DNA of 62,931 nt, the filler included, from Bigelowiella natans CCMP2755 (Eukaryota > Protista > Cercozoa), in assembly GCA_000320545.1 (NCBI GenBank). It is 6 parts of 6 records of this genome, joined end to end, with 100 filler letters (N's around TTAATTAATTAA, not from the genome) between each part and the next. Parts side by side here need not be neighbours in the genome. Positions count along the whole stretch, not along the records: positions 1 to 15,961 come from ADNK01002873.1; 5 more parts are not named here. One strand, 5' to 3'. Of the stretch, positions 1-9,199 are shown piece after piece (position 1 is the stretch's first letter; each line of letters starts with the position of its first letter). Made by a program: the position numbers and the translations under genes. The notes beneath the pieces are model-generated. The model made no database searches, was not told the origin of the DNA, and worked only from the letters and a program-made list of their open reading frames with translations.

Positions 1-390
1 TAGCAGAATAATAATAATAAATAATTTATTATTATTACGTCTTGCGCTTTAGAATAATAATAAATTATTTATTATTATTATTCTGCTAACCACAATTCAT
101 CGCATATTTTATTATTCCACCGAAAGGAAAGCGCAGGGCGCTTTAGAATAATAATAAATTATTTATTATTATTATTCTGCTAACCACAATTCATCGCATA
201 TTTTATTATTCCCCCGAAAGGAAAGCGCAGGACGTTCGACGCATGATGCAGGCTCCTACGTAGGAATATCTAGAATATCTCCTTATACTGCCAAATGTCT
301 GGCCGATTAAAAGTTAGTATTCCCAGTAGTTTACCCGGTTTAGAATGATAATAAATTATTTATTACGAATTATTATTATCTAACCACAAA
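1..390. repeat. AT-rich direct and inverted repeat cluster (about 93-bp unit)
   Basis: GCGCTTTAGAATAATAATAAATTATTTATTATTATTATTCTGCTAACCACAATTCATCGCATATTTTATTATTCCxCCGAAAGGAAAGCGCAGG occurs twice (about 45-137 and 138-231), with a degenerate part copy at about 338-390. Bases 1-36 are the reverse complement of about 53-88. Confidence 0.85.
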
Positions 391-682
391 GAAAACGGCA
401 CCGTAAAACACAATAGATCTAGATGTGGATATGTACGATCGTAGATAATATAAGAGCTGCCGGGCTGAAAGAAGAAAGAAGAAAAATTGCGAAAATTAGT
501 ATAAAAATATGTTGCGACAACCTCAATTAGATCTACGGAGTAAACTTAAACGGGATTTATAGAATTTCGGTCAATCTCTCTCGACAGCGGAATCTCTACT
601 CTGTTGACCCGGGGCAGACCTCAAAACTCAAACCGCAAGCGCATCCAGAGGGAGGAGACGGATCAGTCTACCACATAGGAAA

Positions 683-3017
683 ATGAGTTTCGTCTCTCTA
701 GCTCTCGTATCTGCCATGGCTTTCACACCTCTGGTAAGGATGTTTGATTATTTGGTACTTATTATTACTTGTTTAGCTTACAGAATCATTTTTAATACTT
801 TCATATCAGGCACTGGAGCACATAGCCCACGGTGTTGAAGACAACGTGCTCGCAGCATCCAGTACTGTAGACAACCTGGCCGATGCACCAACTGATCTCA
901 ACTGTAAAGAGACATCGATACTCATTCCCAACAACAGCACCCAAGTCCAAATCCATGCACCGGATGGGTGCCTGGACTATGATTTATCCAAGGAAGACCC
1001 GGTTTGTAACGGGACCACGTTTCCAATGCTTTGCAAATTCAAGTTGGTCCACGTGCCTGAGACTGCTGCATTGCTCGAAAGACATCAAATGTTTGAGAAG
1101 ATGGGTCGGCATTTGGAGATGAAGGATGCAGAGCGTCAGTCAGCACTGATCGAAGCCACAAATGATAAGAATGAGACAGAGGACAAGAGTCGATATTTTA
1201 CAGACTATAACGCATTACTCGAACGTGGCATGAATCTAGATGAGATGTCACAATTTGATGTTCTAAGATTGGACGAGACAGGGAAAAAAAGAGTCAAAGG
1301 AAAGCACGAAGAGCAATACATATGGGCAGCAAGGGCAGCTGCCAAGGCATCATTGCACGGAACCTCTTGCAAGCCCGCAACAAATGGAAAGAGGGCTCCA
1401 AGGCATATGGACTGTGACGCTTGCTGGTGGGGATTTATTCCACATCCTTGCAATTGCGGTTGTCGAGGATGGACTCAGATTGCAAGCCTGTGCTTTCAGC
1501 CATGTAGTGACGGTCACGGCGAATACAGCCATGACACGGGTTCGTATTGCCACAAACCGTGTGACAGAGCCACCCAGTTGGCATTACCAGAGGGATGCGG
1601 TATTGGACACACAAGAGTGTGCGTGGAGCGTGGTCAATGTTTTTCCCACATTGTAAATAATTTCGTCGTTCCAGTGGCAGAAATCCTATACAGCGCTGCT
1701 ACTCTCGGAAGTGGGACTGCAGCTAAAGCTGCTCTGAAAACAGCAAGACAGTCTGGCATGAAGGCAGGTATGAAAGCCTTGGGCAAAGCTTTGCAAACCG
1801 GAGCTAGGAACTTAGCAAGAAAATTGAAGACCAAAAAGTATATCAACGAACAGCTGAAAGCCTACCCAGCAGGTGTCAAGGATAGAATTCTTGAAGGTGG
1901 GGCCACCATGCTTCTCGCCTCTAACATTCCGTCAAGCTGGGGTTCCGCAGCCTTGGAAGTAGCTGCTGTCATTGATCCAACAGGACTTGTTGGCTTTGGA
2001 AAGAGTTTTGTGCCACCAGCTAGCTGCGATGACATGGTAAATTTTGATGAAAAGCTTCCAGGGGAAGGGAAAGGTCCTGATAAAGACGCTATGGATAGTT
2101 CAACGAGCACCTACGACCCAACTTTCGTAATATCACAGACTAGTAGATTGTTAAAATCGAATGTGGAGTGTGCGGATCAAAGGAACGAATTTAAGCTCGG
2201 CGAGTTCGCGTCTCGCCACCAGTGTGCGGAAGCCTGCGCGAAGGATCACAGATGCGCCAGCACCGGAACATTTATTTATGGATACGGCGACAGAAGAGGA
2301 CATTGCTGGTCTGAAGGGGTGCATACCTGCAAAAGATTTAAAAGACACCGGTATAATTATTACACAATTAAGCCAATATACAAGGAGAAAGAAAACGTTG
2401 AATGTGCTGAACAACATAACGAGCACGACTTGGGGTGGAAACCCTCGCTAGAGGAATGCTTTAAAGCATGCAAGAACGATGCAAAATGCAGTCAATATGG
2501 TACATTCATCTATGGTAAAGGCCGCAAGGCTGGCAGATGCTGGTCTGAAGGTTTGGTCGAATGTGGTAGGTGGGAACGGGATCAGTATGACTTCTACAGA
2601 TTTGGAGCTCCCCCACCCCGTCCAAGACCCTGCCTTTCTGCGTTTGGGGGTGGCAAAAAGCTGCAAAATGGTTGTCCTGAGGCAATACCATTTCAATATC
2701 CTAAAAACAATCGTTGCTTCGAAAAGAAGAATTGGACTGGGAGGATGTGCAATATTGACCCTGAAAATGATCCACTTTCCCATCAACGAAATGACCACAA
2801 ATGCTGCACTGACAACATGTGCCTTCCAGAATTCGGAGGTGGTCACAAGCTAGATAATGGTTGTCCAGCGAGGTTTCCATTCCGATATCCACATAACAAT
2901 CGGTGTTTTGGTGAGAAGTGGGGAGGGGGTATGTGCAACGTTGATCCTGCTGGTGATCCGTTGCCCGGCCAGCGATATGACAAAAAATGCTGCTTTGACA
3001 ATCGATACGGAGCGTAG
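683..3017 (+). CDS. Secreted cysteine-rich modular protein (Gly/Ala-rich DPTG helical domain, two PAN/apple-like repeats, two C-terminal Cys repeats); join(683..733,810..3017)
   Basis: ATG at 683 gives hydrophobic MSFVSLALVSAMAFTPL. A GT-AG intron at 734-809 joins in frame to the 723-aa ORF. Duplicated NVECA..CxxACxxDxxC..GTFIYGxGxxxGxCWSEG and duplicated CLxxFGGGxKLxNGCP..NNRCF..MCNxDPxxDPL..KCC modules. Confidence 0.85.
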
Positions 3018-3164
3018 GTCAACAATGTTCTTTTTAGCAAATGTAAAATCTTAATGAATAAACCCCATTGATAATCCTATCCACACATGCTGATGACCAC
3101 GTGCTCCAGCGCCATCATTGACAACGAAATACAAGAATGAAATATAAATAGATAATATGATATA

Positions 3165-3166
3165 TT

Positions 3167-3207
<41 letters not shown>

Positions 3208-3265
3208 ATATATATGAGACGGATGTAGTGAGGTGATCATGCTAGACACAGTAATGCTACACATT

Positions 3266-3317
<52 letters not shown>

Positions 3318-3347
3318 AATGTGTAGCATTACTGTGTGTACAGCATT

Positions 3348-3380
<33 letters not shown>
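3165..3380. repeat. (TA)n microsatellite cluster
   Basis: Three long (TA)n runs downstream of the secreted-protein gene. Confidence 0.9.
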
Positions 3381-3385
<5 letters not shown>

Positions 3386-3540
3386 AATTACATTTCTATG
3401 ATAGTGATTTAAATGTTTTCAATAGTCATCCTCCTAATCGTCCTAATGTAGCTATGCAAAGCAGCGGCCGCAGCGCTTACGCATTACATCTATTTGTCTC
3501 TGCTATTCTTCATGTGTTTCATGTTTCATGCATTTAAAAG

Positions 3541-5610
3541 CATCTGTGTCCTCTCGTCGATGTTGTGCAGCATGCGCAGGGGTCCGTGCTTTTCTTTGTC
3601 TCAGCTTCAATCAGCGTTTCTTCTCATCATTTAACAATTTCAATTCATGATGATGTCACATTGGTTTTGCAATCCAAGCTAACATGGTGTTCGCATGTGT
3701 TTCGCACACACGTTGCAATTGTGAGACGAGCGCAACTGCACATGTTCGTGCACAGCACACGTGCGTACGCGACATGGCCTTTGGTTTGAGGGCTTCACCA
3801 CATCGATGTCGACGACAAGATGCAGATGCTTTCATGCAAATGCATCAACTCATGCTGGACAAGACAAATGGACACAGCCGAACAAAGATGGTTTTTTTTG
3901 GAATCAGAAGACAAAACTGGAGTGTGCGCCGGCTTTGTTGTGGTGTCTTGGGGTTTTTGTGTTCTTGTGCACATGGACATTGTGATCTGATCAGGGGCTC
4001 TAGCTGCAGGCTTCTGATTGACACATCTGCTCACCATGGACACAGTGTGTGTGTCATGCATGTCATGCACATCATGACCATTTCACGACTGCTTGATCGG
4101 AGCCATGCTAGCTAGCCAGTCACATTGCACGCGCTCGTGTGGTGTTGCACACGGCACCTCTGCGAAAAAGCAAAGCACCATTGCTGATGACTTGCGATTT
4201 CGCACCAGCATGCTGGTCTGGCATGCATGCCAAGGAAGTGCCCACTGAACGATTTTGCACGTGAGCTGCGTTGTTTGGTGAAAAGAAATTGCACAATTCA
4301 AAATTCCCGCACAGTTGTCACTTTGCTGCAAAGCTGGAAAGATCAACAATTGAGTGGCATGTCAAGACAAAAGTGACACAATCAAATTGTTGGTGCAGAG
4401 ATGATCAGACTGTGCAGTGTTTGCGAAACCGGTGTGAATTCGGTTTTTGCGTCCACCACGGAACAGCACGACACAGTGCTGTGATCAGGATGGCTGTGGT
4501 CAATGAAGAGATTTGATCACTTCACATCACTCGCCGCCTCATGCACACATGCAGACTGTGACTGTGTGTTCATGCATTTCAAATTGGCATTCACGCACAC
4601 ATCTGACAGTCTGCTTCACAGATTGCACGTCATTCCTGAATCTCCAGCATCCACCTTGCAATTAGCCAACAGATGCGCTGCCAGCTGATGCTTGTTGTTG
4701 CACGTCAATGCAATCAATGCTCATTGAAAACAAAACACCAAAACCCTGATGATGAAAATGCATTGTGAGGAGCTTGAGCATGCATGCCAAAACAAGCTCC
4801 CAAGAGGACATTGCCGCTCACACGCGGGTCTTTTGACTTTTGCGTGTGCGTTTCACTTTGCTTCAACTAGCTCAGTTGAACACATCACATCACGCTGTTT
4901 TTGGATTGAAAAAACAACATTTTTTTCCCAACATCATTTCGCTGACTTGTGCTGCAAAAGTTCCCTTTTGCAACCCAACTTTTTCCATGTCGCACTGGCC
5001 CAAGCGGGGCCAAAATGCCAAACTTGCTAACTGCTTTCGCACTGGCCCAAGCGGGGCCAAAATGCCAAACTCACCAACTTGTTTTGTCCCCCCAGCATGC
5101 ATCTAACACACTGCTACTAAAACTGAACTACATCACAAATGCAAGCACACGCTTGGTGGTCATGACCGACCACACACCTGCTCTGCCATCACTGCCTAGC
5201 TAGTACTGTCAGAGGAGAAGAGAAGGTCAATGTCTTTCACGACACCACACGTGCTTTGCACATCGCATCTGCTTCTTCACAATGACCGGACGAGACAACA
5301 TGAAGCTTCCGAGACCGCCCACTGTGCCAATCGCGTGCATCTACTCCTGTGTGCATTTTTCATTTTTTCGAGCTCATGGCGACCGCTTCCGTTTTTTTGA
5401 GTTGATGGCGACGACTTCTGCCCCCAGCCCCCGCTTCAATTCCGTGCTCAAGAAGTGCAAATCCCTCAAGTCTCTGTTGAACACCTGGATCCGTCGCTCA
5501 ATGCAACAATGCTCAATGAAGCTTTTGAGTTCATTGTCGCTTGCCAAGTCATGGGGAGTCTTCCCATTTCTGTTTTTCGCCTCAATGTTTGCCTTCATGT
5601 CAACCAGGTA
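3541..5610. other. TpA-depleted, TG/CA-rich tract (probably degenerate repeat DNA, extending into the last ankyrin exon)
   Basis: By hand count only about 7 TA dinucleotides in 3541-4740 and none in 4115-4662. Overlapping ORFs are Tyr-free and Cys/His/Met-rich. Confidence 0.85.
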
Positions 5611-7847
5611 CTTTGCGATCTCCAAGTGACCCTTTTTGGAACCCACAACCAACGGAGTCTCACCTAATATATAGTATTGAAAATTTTATATTAAATCATT
5701 CGACATTTTCTACAGCTGCTGTCTCAATGCTGGCATTAGTACTCACCATGTTCGTTTTTCGCCTCAATGTTTGCCTTCATATCAACCAGGTACTTTACGA
5801 TCCCCAAATGACCATTAGAGGAACCCACAATCAACGGAGTATTATCTAATACATTAGATTGAAATCGTTTCACATAATGTAACATATTCTACAGCTGCTG
5901 TCTCAATGCTAGTATTGGCACCCACCATGTTCGGTTTTCGATCCCCAAACCAACTTAGCATCACCTAACATATTGCATTGAAATCATTTCAAATGATGTA
6001 ACATATTCTACAACTGTTGTGTCAATACTAGTATTGGTACCCACCACGTTCTGTTTTCGCCTCAATGTTTGCCTTCATGTCAACCAGGTACTTTACGATC
6101 TTCAAATGACCCCTTTTGGAACCCTCGATCAAAGGAGTCTCACCTAATATATTGTATTAAAATCTTAAAAATTATGTAACATTTTCAACAACTGCTGTCT
6201 CAATGCTAGTATTGGTACCCACCATCTCTGGTTTTCGCCTCAATGTTTGCCTTTATGTCAACCAGGTACTTTACGATCTCAATATGATCCTTCCTGCAAC
6301 CCTTGATCAACGGAGTATCACCTAATATATTGCATTGAAATTGTTATAAATCATGTAACATATTAAACAAATGCTGTCTTAATGCTAGTATTGGTACCCA
6401 CCATGTTTGGTTTTCGACTCAATGTTTGCCTTTATGTCAACCAGGTACTTTACGATCTCCAAATGACCCTCAAAGGAACCCTTGATCAACGGAGTATCTC
6501 CTAATAAATTGCATTGAAATTGTTATAATTCATGTAACATATTAAACAAATGCTGTCTTAATGCTAGTATTGGTGCACACCCTTGTGATTTTTCGCTTCA
6601 ATGTTCGCCTTCATGCCAACTAGGTACTTTACGATCTCAATATGACCCTTTATGGAAGCCATAACCAACGGAGTCTCATCTAATATATTCCATTAAAATT
6701 GTTATAACTCATGTAACATATTCTACAACTGCTGTCTCAATGCTTGTATTTGTACACACCCTTCCAGTTTTTCGCCTCAATGTTTGCCTTCATGTCAACC
6801 AGGTACTTTACGATTTCTATATGACCCTTCATGGAACCCCAAAACAACGGAGTATAACCTAATATGTTCAATTGGAATCGTTTCAAATAATGGTAACATA
6901 TTCTACAACTGCTGTCTCAATGCTAGTATTGGTACCCACCACCCCAGTTTTTCGCCTCAATGTTTGCCTTCATGTCAACCAGGTACTTTACGATCTCAAC
7001 ATGACCTTCATCGCAACCCCAAACCAACGGAGTCTCATCTAATATATTAAATTGAAATCGTTTCAAATCATGCAATATATTCTACAACTGCTGTCTCAAT
7101 GCTAGTATTGGTACCCACCATCTCTGGTTTTCGCCTCAATGTTTGCCTTCATGTCAACCAGGTACTTTACGATCTCAATATGATCCTTCCTGCAACCCAC
7201 GATCAACGGAGTCTCACCTAACATATTGTATTAAAATTGTTAAAATTTATGTAACATAATCTACAACTACTTTCTCAATGCTAGTATTGGTACCCACCGT
7301 TGTTGTCTTTCGCCTCAATGTTTGCCTTCATGTCAACCAGGTACTTTACGATCTCCAAATGACCGCTTTTGGAACCAGCGATCAACGGAGTATCACCTTG
7401 TAGCAAAATGACCACATGTTTGCATGTCAACAATGACCAATGTCATCTTCCAAATGTTGGCAAAATCTCCTTTCGGAGTTGTTCATTACTCGTTCTGCCA
7501 CAACTTGCATCAATGCCTATGCGAAGCGACTCAATTTTTTTTTGCAAAAATTGCTACTTTCTACTACTACTACTACCACTACAGCAACAAGAAAACTACC
7601 ACAAGTGCAGCTGCCGCAGCTGCTGCTGCTAATGTCAACCAAATGTCAATCAAACACCAACACCACACGTGCCACAAATCACTCAGCACTCCAACTACTG
7701 CCACGACAATGTCAACGCTGCAGCTTGCTGCCCACCGTCACAACCGCACTCCTCAATATTTGCGTTCTCCAAAACCAAACGCTTCAGACAGGGAAGGTCG
7801 TTGCTGTGTATTGCTTTGAAGATGTTGCTGGAGGTACCGGACGACAT
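5374..7847 (-). CDS. Ankyrin-repeat protein, one repeat per exon (10 full repeats plus one truncated)
   Basis: Exons 7298-7396, 7119-7217, 6940-7038, 6760-6858, 6581-6679, 6402-6500, 6223-6321, 6045-6143, 5926-5964 (39 nt), 5747-5845 and terminal 5374-5663. They are separated by GT..AG phase-1 introns of 79-83 nt. Consensus GxTPLxxGSxxGHLEIVKYLVDMKANIEAKxxx. Probable N-cap exon MSSGTSSNIFKAIHSNDLPCLKRLVLENANIEE from ATG at 7847; its junction to the array is uncertain. Confidence 0.9.
5565..7396 (-). repeat. Tandem array of about 179-180-bp exon+intron units
   Basis: CAATGTTTGCCTTCATGTCAACCAGGTACTTTACGATC (exon core) and TGCTGTCTCAATGCTAGTATTGGTACCCAC (intron 5' end) recur at about 180-bp period, with one unit shortened by 60 bp. 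Confidence 0.97.
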
Positions 7848-8269
7848 CGTGATTGCCCCACAGATGGTCTCTGCGAAAGCACGGTGAGGGGGTACCAGCG
7901 CTGAACTCCTTCCGATGAATGACTTAAATACAACTGCGTGGAGATTTTCTGCATGCGACATCCTCCGTCAGCGAAATACCAGAATTTATCAAATTGCATG
8001 CCGTTTTGAGCAATACGGAGGGTAGATCTGTTCATTCCGGAGAAAAACCGCAGTAGTCCCAACCGACCTTTTTCGGCACGGCTGTCTGAGAAAGGAGAAA
8101 GAAGGCTTCTCACCCGCACGTTTGAAGAAACGTAACTCGTAACTCGCAAATCAAAACGGCCTGGAAGAGCAGGGTCCAGCTATTTGCAGAGTGGGTCCTT
8201 GATAATCCATCATGCCACTTGTGTAGATAGTCCTACACATCAGGTTTGTAGTCTACGATCTGGACAGTT

Positions 8270-9080
8270 TGTCGTGTGGGCATGATCATGTGTGTGTGTG
8301 ATGATCTGACGGATGTAGCAAAACCTGATTACAGCAATCGTATTCCCAACCTCTTCGCATTGATCCACATGTTGACATGTTCTTGCAACGCGCTCCCACG
8401 GCACGGCACGCTTCCAAGTGCATGGTGTGCGCGTTTCCTTGCAGATGCATTGACTTTTTTTGGTTCATTTTGAACTGGTTGATGAATGCACATGCACTTT
8501 TGCGACACACACGCTTAGAGCCACAAAGGCTGTGACTAGACTAGTAGATGAGATTCCCGTGCAAGAGCCACTTCTAGACTTAATGAAAAAATTTTACGCG
8601 CTGTGGTTGCGCTTGAAAATGTGAGAGTCACGATCGATGCGCTGTCAATTGACATTTGACACGTTTGACCACAACTCTGTCACTCTGGCACTACAAAGGC
8701 ACTGCGATGAGTAGCTGGTGCACATGTTTCGTGCATTGGCATTGTGCTAATTGCATCAGTGTGCTGTGTGTAACCACTGCGCTCCGTCTAGATGTGAACA
8801 GCACGTCGCTAGCTGGGACAGATTTGCAGATGTTGTCATTGTGCAGATGCCATTCGATCATGAATGTCAGCACCACAACGTTGCGCGTGCTAGCGTGGTA
8901 TGGAGCAAGAACAAGAGCCATGTGCATTCTCATTGATGATCGTGCGTTGCTGTTGCACACATATGAGACGAACGATGTGATGAAGTCAATGCATTTTTTC
9001 AATGATCATTGTGGTCATGACACCATGCATCATAGATCTAGAGATTAGTGTGGTGCGCTGTGCAGCTGCAAATTATTTAG
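8270..9080. other. TpA-depleted tract
   Basis: TG/CA-rich, and surviving TA is frequently in CTAG (e.g. gactagactagtag at about 8534). Confidence 0.7.
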
Positions 9081-9199
9081 CATCTGACACAATCTATTAA
9101 GGAACAATTACGGAATCCCAGTGACCCCCCCCCACGTGGATGAGCCCTGTAGCACACAACAGCACCAAAAGAACAATTGACTTTCTAAATCAAACACAA

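Noticed and set aside
3565-5203. Many overlapping Cys/His/Met-rich ORFs (also 42865-43634 and 45346-47425)
   Set aside because: Artefact of TpA loss, which removes TAA/TAG stops and Tyr codons in all six frames. No protein family signal.
5565-7396. CRISPR-like array or non-coding satellite
   Set aside because: Units resolve into coding exons and spliceosomal introns, the variable parts are homologous rather than unique spacers, and there are no cas genes.
5565-7396. Diversity-generating retroelement variable/template repeats
   Set aside because: Variation is not restricted to adenines, no template repeat or DGR-type RT is visible, and the LINE fragments are distant and unrelated.
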